Below are positions 18,514 through 28,780 of a DNA stretch of 64,000 bases, one piece after another; positions within the stretch are counted from its first letter, which is position 1, and every line of letters starts with the position of its first letter. This DNA comes from Bacteroidales bacterium (GTDB taxonomy: Bacteria > Bacteroidota > Bacteroidia > Bacteroidales > Prolixibacteraceae): positions 13,419 through 77,418 of the forward strand of contig JBKECH010000002.1 of NCBI GenBank assembly GCA_047974415.1, in the 5' to 3' direction. A program made the translations under genes and the position numbers. The notes under the pieces were generated by a model. That model did not search any database. It was given only the letters and a program-made list of their open reading frames with translations, and was not told the DNA's origin.

Positions 18514-19674
18514 ATGAAGATTACAGATGTGAAAGTATGGTTGGTTGAAGGAGTAAAATACAACTGGACCATGCTAAAGATATATACCGATGAAGGGCTA
18601 ACAGGTGTTGGTGAAGCAACAAATTGGCCAGGGAGTCAGATTGTCGAAGCGGCAGCAAAAGATGCAGGGCAACGGATAATAGGGCTTAACCCCATGCGCA
18701 CTGATTTTATATGGACTAAGTTGTATCGAGATTTGAACTGGGTTGGTCCTTTTGGGGCAAGCATGTGTGCTATCTCGGGCATAGACATGGCCCTCCTAGA
18801 CTTGAAAGCAAAAAAGCTTGGCGTTCCGATGTACGAACTCCTAGGCGGAGCATATCGGACTAAAATCAGACTGTATGCCAACTACTGGTTCACCAAAGGG
18901 GAGCATAATGCTGATGACTATGCCCGACAAGCCAGGCAGGTAGTAGATATGGGATTCAAAGGAGTGAAATTCGACCCTTTTGCACATGTCAATTATTTGT
19001 ACGGCGAAGATTTAAGTACTGATTTAGGCTTAACAAAAAAACAACAAGACCGTGCATACGAAGTGAGCAAGGCTGTACGTAATGCTGTTGGCGAGGAAGC
19101 TGACCTTATGATAGAAACCCACGCAATGCTAAACTTTAAGACGGCAGTGACGATGGCAGAGCGGCTGTCTGAATTGAATATCACATGGTACGAAGAGCCA
19201 GCAGGGCCAGAAAATGCAAATACTCTCAAAGCCTTTCGGAAGCGGATAGACTCGAAGGTGTCAATTTGTGTGGGAGAACGACACTATACAAGGTTTGGCA
19301 TCAGAGAACTGCTCGAAAAACAGATTGTCGACGTAATAATGCCAGACATTACTCGCTGTGGTGGTCCTTCGGAGATGAAGCGGATGGCAACGATGGCAGA
19401 GGCTTACAATGTGCTTTTAGCTCCACACAATCCCAATGGACCTCTTTCTACATTGGCAAGTGCTCATCTCTGCGCTGCGATTCCGAATTTCTTCCGACAG
19501 GAGTTTATCTTCAACGATGTCTCGTGGAGAGATGAAATAATAGACCACCCACTTGAGATTTGTGATGGTAACTTGATATTGTCGGAGCGTACGGGATTGG
19601 GTGTCGATTTGCTTGAGCATGAACTGGAGAAACATCCAGGCATAAGAATAGCACGGAACGGGTATTACATATAA
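18514..19674 (+). CDS. Enolase-superfamily (mandelate racemase/muconate lactonizing enzyme family) sugar-acid dehydratase, galactonate-dehydratase-like
   Basis: MKITDVKVWLVEG...LKIYTDEGLTGVGEA N-terminal capping domain, GIDMALLDLKAKKLGVPMYELLGG, and barrel-domain acidic ligands (..IETHA.., WYEEP, CVGERH). Confidence 0.8.
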   Translation: MKITDVKVWLVEGVKYNWTMLKIYTDEGLTGVGEATNWPGSQIVEAAAKDAGQRIIGLNPMRTDFIWTKLYRDLNWVGPFGASMCAISGIDMALLDLKAKKLGVPMYELLGGAYRTKIRLYANYWFTKGEHNADDYARQARQVVDMGFKGVKFDPFAHVNYLYGEDLSTDLGLTKKQQDRAYEVSKAVRNAVGEEADLMIETHAMLNFKTAVTMAERLSELNITWYEEPAGPENANTLKAFRKRIDSKVSICVGERHYTRFGIRELLEKQIVDVIMPDITRCGGPSEMKRMATMAEAYNVLLAPHNPNGPLSTLASAHLCAAIPNFFRQEFIFNDVSWRDEIIDHPLEICDGNLILSERTGLGVDLLEHELEKHPGIRIARNGYYI

Positions 19675-19684
19675 AAAGAATGAT

Positions 19685-20473
19685 ATGTTAGCAATAGATT
19701 TGAAGAATAGGGTAGCCATTGTAACAGGTGTTTCGAGTGGTATCGGGGCAGGCGTGGCTAGGATGCTTGCCAAAGCAGGATGTAATGTTGCAGGATGTGC
19801 AAGAGCAAATGAGGATGAAAAAAATGTTGTAGCATTTCGTGCTAGCGTTGAAGAGTTTGGGCAGAAAGCATTTTACAAAAAAGTAGATGTAACAAATAAT
19901 GAGCAACTACTGGCATTTGTGAGATGTGTTGCCGACGAGTTTGGCAAAATAGACATTGTAGTCTCCAATGCAGGAGCGAATATCTTTAAAGGTGCAGCCG
20001 ATTGTACGGAAGATGAATGGGAATATAATCACAATTTGAATTTGGCATCGCATTGGCGTTTGGCAAAATTGAGCAAACAGTATTTGGAGAAAAGCAAAAC
20101 TGGAGTTTTTATAATAATGAGCTCTAACCATGCTTATTCGTCTATACCTGGTTGTTTTCCCTACAATGTTACAAAAACGGCACTCACAGGTTTGGTAAGA
20201 GCAATGTCCATAGAGTGGGGGCCAGCTGTTCGGGTGCTAGGTCTGGCTCCAGGGTTTATCGATACTCCAGGAAACGATACATGGTTTAATTCTTTTCCAG
20301 ATGCTACTGCCGAGCGTCAAAGAACGATAGACCTACATCCAGCAGGTAAGCTCGGAACTACCGAAGAGGTTGGAGCTTGGTGTGCTTTTCTGGCAAGCGA
20401 TTTTGCCGCTTTCGCAACGGGGGCTACATATCTCCTCGACGGCGGTAGAGCCGCATTGATGCAAGATAATTAA
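19685..20473 (+). CDS. Short-chain dehydrogenase/reductase (SDR) family oxidoreductase
   Basis: TGVSSGIGAG cofactor motif, NAG, and catalytic YNVTKTA (YxxxK). Confidence 0.85.
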   Translation: MLAIDLKNRVAIVTGVSSGIGAGVARMLAKAGCNVAGCARANEDEKNVVAFRASVEEFGQKAFYKKVDVTNNEQLLAFVRCVADEFGKIDIVVSNAGANIFKGAADCTEDEWEYNHNLNLASHWRLAKLSKQYLEKSKTGVFIIMSSNHAYSSIPGCFPYNVTKTALTGLVRAMSIEWGPAVRVLGLAPGFIDTPGNDTWFNSFPDATAERQRTIDLHPAGKLGTTEEVGAWCAFLASDFAAFATGATYLLDGGRAALMQDN

Positions 20474-20485
20474 AAGAATCAGGTA

Positions 20486-21373
20486 ATGATAAATTGTTTA
20501 GATAAATTAGAACTTGTTGCTAACACTCCAAAAGCAAGACTCGGCGAAGGTGCAGTATGGCATCCTGTCGAGCAGGTTCTCTACTGGGTTGATATAACGG
20601 AAGGGAAGCTACATTGTTATAATCCAGCAAACGAGGAAAATCAGACTTTCTCAATGGGCAGCATGATTGGGACGGTGGTTCCTGCAAAAGGACGATTTAA
20701 TGTGCTTGTGGCTTTGGAGACAGGTATTTATGGAAGGGCTCTCGACGGGGAGATGTTCAAGTTGGCAGACTATCCGCGAGAAGTTGCAAACAATAGATTC
20801 AATGATGGGAAGTGCGATCCCAAAGGCAGATTCTGGGTCGGAACGATGAATAAAAAAGTTATAGATGGAGCTGGTGCTTTATACCTTTTTGATGGACATC
20901 AGCTTGCCATAAAAAGGTCGGGAATGACTATTCCCAACGGAGTGGTTTGGTCGTCCGATGGGCAAACTATGTATCATGTAGACACTGCGGAATCTGCCGT
21001 TTTTGCCTACGACTTTAATCTCGAAAGTGGAGCCCTATCGAGGCGCCGAATTGCCATAAAAGTGCCACAAGAACTGGGTGTCCCCGATGGAATGTCCATA
21101 GATTCGGCAGATATGTTGTGGATTGCGCATTGGGGTGGCAAGGCTGTTGTCCAATGGAATCCTCTAACTGGTGAGAAGGGTAGAGTGATAGATGTCCCTG
21201 CTCCTCACGTAACATCTTGTGCCTTCGGAGGTGAGAATCTTAAAACACTGTACATAACGACTGCGCAAGAAGGATTGACAGACAAACAACTGCGAGAGTA
21301 TCCTTTAAGCGGAAGCTTGTTTAAAATACCAATCGATGTAGAAGGAACTTATTCAGGAATATACGGAGAATAG
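20486..21373 (+). CDS. SMP-30/gluconolactonase/LRE family lactonase
   Basis: EGAVWHPVEQVLYWVDI, NDGKCDPKGRFWVGTM, PNGVVWS and PDGMSIDSADMLWIAHWGG beta-propeller blocks. Confidence 0.82.
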   Translation: MINCLDKLELVANTPKARLGEGAVWHPVEQVLYWVDITEGKLHCYNPANEENQTFSMGSMIGTVVPAKGRFNVLVALETGIYGRALDGEMFKLADYPREVANNRFNDGKCDPKGRFWVGTMNKKVIDGAGALYLFDGHQLAIKRSGMTIPNGVVWSSDGQTMYHVDTAESAVFAYDFNLESGALSRRRIAIKVPQELGVPDGMSIDSADMLWIAHWGGKAVVQWNPLTGEKGRVIDVPAPHVTSCAFGGENLKTLYITTAQEGLTDKQLREYPLSGSLFKIPIDVEGTYSGIYGE

Positions 21374-21461
21374 GGAGGAATGTTTTGAAAGAAAACGACA
21401 GATGCGACAACATCTATCGTCTAAAAATATGATGCTGATAACATCATTTGTTCAAATTAAC

Positions 21462-21476
21462 GATCACAAAGTGATC
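21462..21476. promoter_or_regulatory. Perfect palindrome GATCAC-AAA-GTGATC 27 nt upstream of the susC-like start; candidate operator
   Basis: Seen directly. A second inverted repeat, ATGATG-N7-CATCAT, lies at 21429-21447. Confidence 0.3.
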
Positions 21477-21502
21477 ACTTGTTAAATTAAAAGCTTAAAG
21501 AT

Positions 21503-24500
21503 ATGAAGAAAATCTATGACTTAAAAATGAAGTTGATTCAAAGACTGCTTGTGCCTTTATTGGCGCTGATTGTAGGAGCTAATCTTCTTAATGCTCAGTC
21601 AGTAACGCTCTCCGGAACTGTTACAGAAGCCGAAACCAGAGCGCCTCTGGTTGGCGTGTCGGTGTTTATTAAAGGAACAACTATTGCAACTATTACAGAT
21701 GTCGACGGTACTTTCTCTATAAAAGCAACACCACAGGCAAAAGTGCTTGTATTTTCGTTTATCGGGATGAAGACTAAAGAAGTCTCGATTGGTAGCAACA
21801 ATGTTATTAACGTCAGCATGGAGAGCGATGCCATTGGGCTCGAAGAGATTGTGGCAGTTGGATATGGTATTCAAAAAAAGGAAAACCTGACGGGCTCGGT
21901 GGCTGTTATAAAAAACGAAGTCCTAGAAAATCGTCCGAATAAGGATGCTGTTGATATGTTGCAAGGTATAGTGCCAGGACTTAACATAACAAGGAGTTCT
22001 GGCAATATTGGAGAAACAGCATCCCTAAATATAAGAGGGACAACTACACTTGGAGAAGGCTCAAGTGGAGCTCCGCTGGTTCTTGTCGATGGAGTAGAAG
22101 GTGATTTGTCTATGGTAAATCCACAAGATATTGATAACATTTCGGTATTAAAAGACGCGGCGGCATCGTCAATATATGGTTCTCGTGCTCCATTTGGTGT
22201 AATCCTAGTGACGACAAAGAAAGGAACGAAAGGAAAAACCACAGTTAATTATAACAATAGTTTTAGGATAGGCACGCCTAATCACTGGCCAGATGTTTCC
22301 GATTCTGAAACATTTGCTTATGTAATGAATGACAATTTTAACAATGCTGGTTCTGGAGATTATTTTGGTAAGGAATGGTTAGATCGTATTATTCGCTATA
22401 AAAATGGAGAAAAAGTACCTATGATTTATGATAGTGACGGGCGATGGGTTCCTGGATATAATGCTGGACATGCCAATGAAAATTGGATGCGTGGAGTCTT
22501 TAGCAATCAGGCAGTGTCGCAGGAGCATAATTTCAGCATGAAGGGAGGAAGCGAAGATATTCAGTATTATATTTCTGGAGGTTTCTTGGATGAAAATGGA
22601 CTCCTAAAGATTAATCAAGATAACTTCAAACGTTATAACATAACTGCAAAGGTTGACGCATCCTTAACATCCTTCCTTGAAATGGAGTTTATCAATCGTT
22701 TTTCAAGAAAAGATTACAAACGACCAACTTATCTAAATAGTAGTATCTGGAATAATATTTTGCGACAAGGGTGGCCTATCATGCCAATGTACGATGATAA
22801 TGGCTATTTGTATGATAGCGCAGCAAGCCCTGTTTTGAAATTAAGAGACGGAGGTCAGCAAAATGAAATTAACGACATAAATACACATCAGCTTAGGCTT
22901 ACTGCCCGTCCTATCAAAGGTTGGCAAATTGTTGGTAGTGGAACATATAAATCATCTAATAATTTTACGAGCTGGAATACTCTCCATTTCTACAATCATG
23001 ATAAGGATGGCAATCCATATTATGCGGAGGGAGGCTCTGAAAGCTCTGTGCATGAGTACGCTTTTAAGTCTGATTATTACAATCTTAGCGTGCATTCCGA
23101 TTATGAATTTAAATTAAATGTGCACGACTTTAAAGTAATGCTTGGTAGTCAAGTCGAGAACTATAATCAGCGAGATCTAACAGGAGAGAGAATGGGCTTG
23201 ATATCCGATGAAATACACTCTTTAGGTACGACAACAGGAATAGACTCTAGAGGAGAAATTGTTGCTCCTTTCTTGGGTGGCGCTTATTACGACTGGGCTG
23301 TAGCAGGATTTTTCGGAAGACTAAACTACAACTACGATAATCGCTATCTTTTTGAAGCCAATCTCCGTTATGATGGTTCTTCTCGTTTCAGGAAAGATGC
23401 TCGTTGGCTCACTTTGCCTTCTTTCTCTTTTGGGTGGAATGTTGCTAACGAGAGTTTTATGAATATAGAAGAACTAACTCAGCTGAAACTGAGAGCCTCT
23501 TACGGCTCACTAGGCAACCAGAATACTAATGGTTGGTATCCAACGTATATTACTCAACCAGTAGGGATACAGAATGGAGGATGGTTGATTGATGGGCAAA
23601 AACCCAATACTGCATATGCCCCAGGGCTTATTAGTAGTAGTCTGACTTGGGAACGCGTTGAAAGCTATAATCTTGGATTGGATTTTGCCTTTTTAGATGG
23701 GCGTCTTAGTGGAGCCTTTGACTATTATGTGAGAAATACGCTCGATATGGTTGGCCCAGCTCCAGAACTTCCTAATGTTTTGGGGACTGCTGTTCCAAAG
23801 CAAAATAATACCGACCTGCGTACTTCTGGATGGGAGTTGTCTTTGGCTTGGAACGACGCTTCGAATTTGTGGGGAGATAAGCTTCGCTATGGAATAAATA
23901 TAACATTATCAGACTCTAGAACGAAAATTACTCGTTATCCGAACGAAAGTAACAGTTTGACAACCTATCGAGAAGGTCAGATGCTTGGCGAGATTTGGGG
24001 TTATCAGACAATTGGTATTGCCAAAACTCAAAAAGATATGGATGCGCATTTATCTACATTGCCTAATGGAGGGCAGTTTGGAATAACCAATCTTACTGCA
24101 GGAGATATAATGTATAAAGACCTTAATTTAGACGGTAAGATTAGTTCGGGCGCAAACACATATGGCGACCCTGGCGATAGGAGAATAATTGGAAATAGTA
24201 CCCCTAGGTATCTTTTTGGAACAACATTGACAGCAAATTTTAAAGGTTTTGATTTGAGAGCCTTTTTTCAGGGAGTGTTAAAACGAGACTATGCTACTTC
24301 GTCGCAACTCTTCTTCCCAGGAGGCTGGATATGGGATGTCATTGTACTAGACCAGCAACTGGACTATTTCAGAGCATCAGAAGATAGTCCACTAGGTCAG
24401 AATCTTAACGCATACTATGCACGCCCGATAAATAATGATGGCAGAAACACTCATGTTCAGACTAGATATCTGCTTAACGCATCTTATGTCAGACTGAAAA

Positions 24501-24703
24501 ATCTTACGCTTGGGTATACTCTACCAAGTAATATGATAAATCGCTGGGGAGTAGGTAATGTGAGGTTTTTTGTTTCGGGGGAAAACTTATTTACGATAAC
24601 AGGATTGACTAAGATTTTCGACCCCGAGCTTATTCACACAAACAATCAGAACTCTTATCCTATATTTAGGACAATATCTTTTGGGCTTAGCTTAAATATA
24701 TAA
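21503..24703 (+). CDS. susC: SusC/RagA family TonB-linked outer membrane transporter
   Basis: 1066 aa; signal, carboxypeptidase-regulatory-like N-domain (VTLSGTVTEAETRAPLVGVSVFIKGT...DGTFSI), plug (NISVLKDAAASSIYGSRAPFGVILVTTKKG), C-terminal ...ISFGLSLNI. Confidence 0.92.
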   Translation: MKKIYDLKMKLIQRLLVPLLALIVGANLLNAQSVTLSGTVTEAETRAPLVGVSVFIKGTTIATITDVDGTFSIKATPQAKVLVFSFIGMKTKEVSIGSNNVINVSMESDAIGLEEIVAVGYGIQKKENLTGSVAVIKNEVLENRPNKDAVDMLQGIVPGLNITRSSGNIGETASLNIRGTTTLGEGSSGAPLVLVDGVEGDLSMVNPQDIDNISVLKDAAASSIYGSRAPFGVILVTTKKGTKGKTTVNYNNSFRIGTPNHWPDVSDSETFAYVMNDNFNNAGSGDYFGKEWLDRIIRYKNGEKVPMIYDSDGRWVPGYNAGHANENWMRGVFSNQAVSQEHNFSMKGGSEDIQYYISGGFLDENGLLKINQDNFKRYNITAKVDASLTSFLEMEFINRFSRKDYKRPTYLNSSIWNNILRQGWPIMPMYDDNGYLYDSAASPVLKLRDGGQQNEINDINTHQLRLTARPIKGWQIVGSGTYKSSNNFTSWNTLHFYNHDKDGNPYYAEGGSESSVHEYAFKSDYYNLSVHSDYEFKLNVHDFKVMLGSQVENYNQRDLTGERMGLISDEIHSLGTTTGIDSRGEIVAPFLGGAYYDWAVAGFFGRLNYNYDNRYLFEANLRYDGSSRFRKDARWLTLPSFSFGWNVANESFMNIEELTQLKLRASYGSLGNQNTNGWYPTYITQPVGIQNGGWLIDGQKPNTAYAPGLISSSLTWERVESYNLGLDFAFLDGRLSGAFDYYVRNTLDMVGPAPELPNVLGTAVPKQNNTDLRTSGWELSLAWNDASNLWGDKLRYGINITLSDSRTKITRYPNESNSLTTYREGQMLGEIWGYQTIGIAKTQKDMDAHLSTLPNGGQFGITNLTAGDIMYKDLNLDGKISSGANTYGDPGDRRIIGNSTPRYLFGTTLTANFKGFDLRAFFQGVLKRDYATSSQLFFPGGWIWDVIVLDQQLDYFRASEDSPLGQNLNAYYARPINNDGRNTHVQTRYLLNASYVRLKNLTLGYTLPSNMINRWGVGNVRFFVSGENLFTITGLTKIFDPELIHTNNQNSYPIFRTISFGLSLNI

Positions 24704-24727
24704 AATCCTCCACAAAAAATAAATAAA

Positions 24728-26752
24728 ATGAATACAAGTATAATAATTAAGTTTATATCAGGGTTTGGAATCATTGCGTTTTTATTTTCAGCTTGTAATG
24801 ATTTCTTAGATAGAGAACCCCTTAGCGATGTTACTCCCGAATCGTATTTTACAGATGTTAGTCATTTAGCAGCTTATGCTATCGATAAATACGGATATAT
24901 TCCTCACTCTAGTCCTGGCTACTGGATGCCAACGGATGTTAATACTGATAATCAGGCAACTTTATGGGCAAGTAGTGTTTTTGTGCCAGGAGAATACAAA
25001 GTTCCTTCAACTGGAGGTAATTGGTCTTTTGATGGAATAAGACAATGTAATTATTTCTTGAGAAGAGTGCTCCCAAAGTATAAGCAAGGAGAAATAACAG
25101 GGACTGATGTTGCAATCCGCCATCATATTGGCGAAATGTATTTCCTTAGAGCTTGTGTGTATTTTGGCAAACTACAGTCATTTGGTGATTATCCTATCGT
25201 TACTCAGGAATTTACAGACGATAAAGAGAATCTTGTAAAAGCGGTAAAAAGACAGCCTCGGAACTTAGTATCTCGTTTTATTCTTGCCGACATTGATACT
25301 GCCTTGTCGTACCTGTCTGATGTCTCGCCTGTTACTGCTAACAAAACCCAAATCAATAAAGATGTTGCTCAGCAGTTCCGTTCAAGAGTTGCCTTGTACG
25401 AGGGAACATGGCTCAAGTATCATAAAGGTTCGGCACGGGTGCCAGGAGGAGAGGGTTGGCCAGGTGTAACGGCGGATATTAATTATCCTGCAGGTGACAT
25501 CGCTAGAGAATCGGAATTTTTTCTCGCCGAAGCCATGAAGTCGGCTAAGATTGTTGCTGATAAATATTCATTAACACCAAATGACGGAGGAGTACCTCAG
25601 CCTGGCGAGGCTCCAGTACCTTATGCTGTTGGGCAAAACCGATATTTTGAAATGTTTGGAGATGTAGACATGTCTGGGTATTCGGAAGTTATTATGTGGC
25701 GCGAATACAAAATAGGAGTGATGGGAAATCTTTTATCACGAGCTTTCCGTGAAGACAATGCTGGCATAGGAGTAACTAAATCTGCGGTGGAAAACTTCCT
25801 GATGGAAGACGGTAAGCCATTGTATGCTAGCGAGTATGATTATCAGGATGATAGTATAGCTCTTGTTCGTAAGCACAGAGACAATCGCATCTATTTGTTT
25901 TTGAAAGAACCAGGTCAGTATAACCTGTGGATTAATAAAGGAGCTGGTACTCACGAAACAAATTCAATAGAGGACTATCCCTGGGTAACAGGAGCTAACA
26001 ACGGACACGAAGGTCGGATGTTTACAGGATATGCAGTGCGTAAATACATGAATCCAGATGCAGTTCATGCTATTAACACTGGGGGAGGGATAGGTTTTGT
26101 TGTGTTTAGAGCATCGGAAGCATACCTGAACTATATTGAGGCTTCGTATGAACTAAATGGAGCTCTGGATAACAATGCGCTAGAATATTGGAGGCAGTTG
26201 CGCAGTAGAGCACACTTGCCAGCAGACCCATTTGTAACGATTAATGCAACTGATATTTCGCAAGAAGCTCCAAATGACTGGTCTGCCTATTCAGCCGGTA
26301 AGCTACTTACAGATAATGTGCTATACAACATTCGCAGAGAAAGAAGATGTGAGCTGCTTTCTGAAGGATATAGGTATGAGGATCTTAAGCGGTGGTGTTC
26401 GTTCGATCAGTTGGAAACTCACCCATACATAGTTGAAGGCTTTAAGCTCTGGGGACAAATGCAAAATTGGTATAAAGAAAACGGTGTTTCTTATTTAAAG
26501 TACGCTTCAGACAAGAATGATAATAATGTCTCTCCACCTCCGTCAGCAGGGGGGAGCGTTTATTTGCAACCTTATAGAGCAAATGCAAACAATAAGGTGT
26601 ACGATGGGTATAAATGGAATAAGGCACATTATCTGGAGCCCATTGCGGTATCCCATTTTACACAATCTTCTGTAGATGGCACTGTAAATGGTTCGCTAAT
26701 TTATCAGAATCCAGGTTGGAGCAAAGAAGCTGATACTGGACCTACTAATTAG
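24728..26752 (+). CDS. susD: SusD/RagB family nutrient-binding outer membrane lipoprotein
   Basis: Lipobox LFSAC followed by NDFLDREPLSDVTPESYF, a typical SusD N-terminus. It lies immediately downstream of susC-like. Confidence 0.9.
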   Translation: MNTSIIIKFISGFGIIAFLFSACNDFLDREPLSDVTPESYFTDVSHLAAYAIDKYGYIPHSSPGYWMPTDVNTDNQATLWASSVFVPGEYKVPSTGGNWSFDGIRQCNYFLRRVLPKYKQGEITGTDVAIRHHIGEMYFLRACVYFGKLQSFGDYPIVTQEFTDDKENLVKAVKRQPRNLVSRFILADIDTALSYLSDVSPVTANKTQINKDVAQQFRSRVALYEGTWLKYHKGSARVPGGEGWPGVTADINYPAGDIARESEFFLAEAMKSAKIVADKYSLTPNDGGVPQPGEAPVPYAVGQNRYFEMFGDVDMSGYSEVIMWREYKIGVMGNLLSRAFREDNAGIGVTKSAVENFLMEDGKPLYASEYDYQDDSIALVRKHRDNRIYLFLKEPGQYNLWINKGAGTHETNSIEDYPWVTGANNGHEGRMFTGYAVRKYMNPDAVHAINTGGGIGFVVFRASEAYLNYIEASYELNGALDNNALEYWRQLRSRAHLPADPFVTINATDISQEAPNDWSAYSAGKLLTDNVLYNIRRERRCELLSEGYRYEDLKRWCSFDQLETHPYIVEGFKLWGQMQNWYKENGVSYLKYASDKNDNNVSPPPSAGGSVYLQPYRANANNKVYDGYKWNKAHYLEPIAVSHFTQSSVDGTVNGSLIYQNPGWSKEADTGPTN

Positions 26753-26795
26753 TATCTGTCCATGATGTTTCGTATTTAACTAAAAACAAATAATC

Positions 26796-27794
26796 ATGAG
26801 TTTATTCGGAGGTTTAACGATTGTAATTATTGCGGGAATATTGCAAGGTTCTTATTTCCTGCCTATGACCTATACAAAGAGATGGGAGTGGGCGCATAGT
26901 TGGTTTGCTTTTTCCTTGCTTGGTATGCTGTTGATAAACTGGATAATTGCTTTTCTGAGCATTGGCGAAATAGGTGCAATTATCTCAAGCATACCAAGTA
27001 ACTTAATGTTGCAGGTTCTATTGTTTGGACTATTATGGGGAGCAGGGGCTATCTTGTTTGGTAAAGCAATGGATATGTTAGGGATGGCCTTAGGATATCC
27101 AATAATTATGGGTATAAATGCTGTTGCTGGAGCTATTGTCCCTGCGTTGGTATTTTCGGCAGACATATTTTTACATTTGAAAGGAGTGCTTATTATTGTC
27201 GGGTCTATTATTTCGGTAGTCGGGATTGTATTTTGTGCATCGGCTTCTTCTCAGAAAGAGGATAAATCAAGGATGTCTCGCTACACGTCAATGGGTTTAA
27301 TTTTGGCAGTGATTTCGGGATTTACTTCCTGTCTGCCTAACTTGGGGGCGGCATTTAGCAAGGGAATAACAGATATAGCAATCGAGCATGGTGTCAATAA
27401 GGCTATTGCAGGGAATGTTATATGGTCTTTGTTTTTCACTACAGGAGCAGTGGTAAACATGGGGTACTGTCTATTTGTTTTAGAGAGAAAGAGAGAAACT
27501 GCAGAATTTTTTAATAGTTATAAGACAAGGAATTGGGGACTGTTGTCTATAATGTCTCTGATGTGGATTGGCAGTTTTTACGCCTATGGTTATGGCTCTG
27601 TTGTGCTTGGAGATTTGGGTTTGATTGTTGGTTGGCCATTGTTGGTGTCTTTGTCAATTGTAGTAGGAAACTTATGGGGGATATTTCGAGGAGAATGGCG
27701 TGGAGCCCCAATCAAGGCTCGGAACACTTTGAATCTTGGAATGCTTGTTTTAATTGTTTCGGTAGTTGTCATTGCTCTAAGCAATTTGTTTTAA
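26796..27794 (+). CDS. RhaT-family (L-rhamnose/H+ symporter-like, DMT superfamily) sugar transporter
   Basis: 332 aa, ~10 TM. LLFGLLWGAGAILFGKAMDMLGMALGYPIIMG parallels the E. coli RhaT block [32 protein letters not shown]. Confidence 0.75.
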   Translation: MSLFGGLTIVIIAGILQGSYFLPMTYTKRWEWAHSWFAFSLLGMLLINWIIAFLSIGEIGAIISSIPSNLMLQVLLFGLLWGAGAILFGKAMDMLGMALGYPIIMGINAVAGAIVPALVFSADIFLHLKGVLIIVGSIISVVGIVFCASASSQKEDKSRMSRYTSMGLILAVISGFTSCLPNLGAAFSKGITDIAIEHGVNKAIAGNVIWSLFFTTGAVVNMGYCLFVLERKRETAEFFNSYKTRNWGLLSIMSLMWIGSFYAYGYGSVVLGDLGLIVGWPLLVSLSIVVGNLWGIFRGEWRGAPIKARNTLNLGMLVLIVSVVVIALSNLF

Positions 27795-27796
27795 TT

Positions 27797-27830
27797 GTTT
27801 TGGGCGGACTATTTTAAGTCCGCCCAAAAT
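27797..27830. terminator. Bidirectional hairpin between convergent genes
   Basis: TTTTGGGCGGAC-ATTTTAA-GTCCGCCCAAAA, a 12-bp perfect stem flanked by T and A runs. Confidence 0.6.
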
Positions 27831-27831
27831 G

Positions 27832-28725
27832 TTATTTAAAAGCTTCTTTTATGGGTCTTCCAGTCCAGACTTGTGGAAATTCAAGATCAAAAAGCCATGC
27901 TATTGTCGCACCGATGTCATAAATCATGATGCTTTGTTGCATCTCAGGTTGTTGTTTAACTTCTTTGCCGTAGAAAATCAAGGGCACCTGCATTTCTGCC
28001 ATTGTTTTCCCACCATGACCTTTGTTAATGCCACCATGGTCGGCAGAAACAATTACAAGGGTTTCTTTCTCAATGCCTGCATCTTTCAGTGCTTGTAGTA
28101 TTTTTGCAAGGTGTTGGTCGTTTTTCTTTAGTTGCTCGTAATATTCGGGAGTGTCGTGACCAATTTTATGGCCCACGGCATCGGGTTCATCGAAATGTAT
28201 AAACATCAGGTTAGGCTTCGAGCTAGTAATAATTCCCACTGCCTTTTCTAGCACCTCGTTGTCGCTGGCAGCGTTGACAACAGTATCTGTCATGTCTTTC
28301 TCAAACAAGTAGCCAATGCCGTCCCAGTTGTAGACAACTGCAGTTTTTAATTTTGATCTCTGGATTTTTATCTCTCCAAAGATTGAAGGGAAAATCCCTC
28401 CTTGCCCAATTACGCGCGAAGGTAATTCTGGAGTTTTGCTACCCCATTCTGTGTAGCCATGCAATTCGGGTGGTGAAGCCATTAGCATAGATGCCCAATT
28501 GACGGCCGAACTAGATGGTAGTGTTGACCTGCTCTTGAGGCTATACGCTCCATTTTTCATCATCATCTTTGCCGTTGGCATTTCTGCCTTGGGCACACTG
28601 TACGCACCCCAGCCGTCGAAGCCTACTAGAATAACATGTTTGATATTCTTGGGTGCCGAATACCCTTGAAACGAAAGAGTAAAAAACATCATAAACATCA
28701 AAAGTACTGTTGCTTTGTTTTTCAT
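27832..28725 (-). CDS. Alkaline-phosphatase superfamily protein (nucleotide pyrophosphatase/phosphodiesterase-like), secreted
   Basis: Signal peptide; VGFDGWGAY, HFDEPDAVGHKIGHDTPEY, VSADHGG metal-site blocks. Confidence 0.75.
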   Translation of the reverse strand: MKNKATVLLMFMMFFTLSFQGYSAPKNIKHVILVGFDGWGAYSVPKAEMPTAKMMMKNGAYSLKSRSTLPSSSAVNWASMLMASPPELHGYTEWGSKTPELPSRVIGQGGIFPSIFGEIKIQRSKLKTAVVYNWDGIGYLFEKDMTDTVVNAASDNEVLEKAVGIITSSKPNLMFIHFDEPDAVGHKIGHDTPEYYEQLKKNDQHLAKILQALKDAGIEKETLVIVSADHGGINKGHGGKTMAEMQVPLIFYGKEVKQQPEMQQSIMIYDIGATIAWLFDLEFPQVWTGRPIKEAFK

Positions 28726-28780
28726 ATTAATAATTTATCAAATAGTTTGGCAATATTGCCGTTTCACCAAAGGTACAAAA

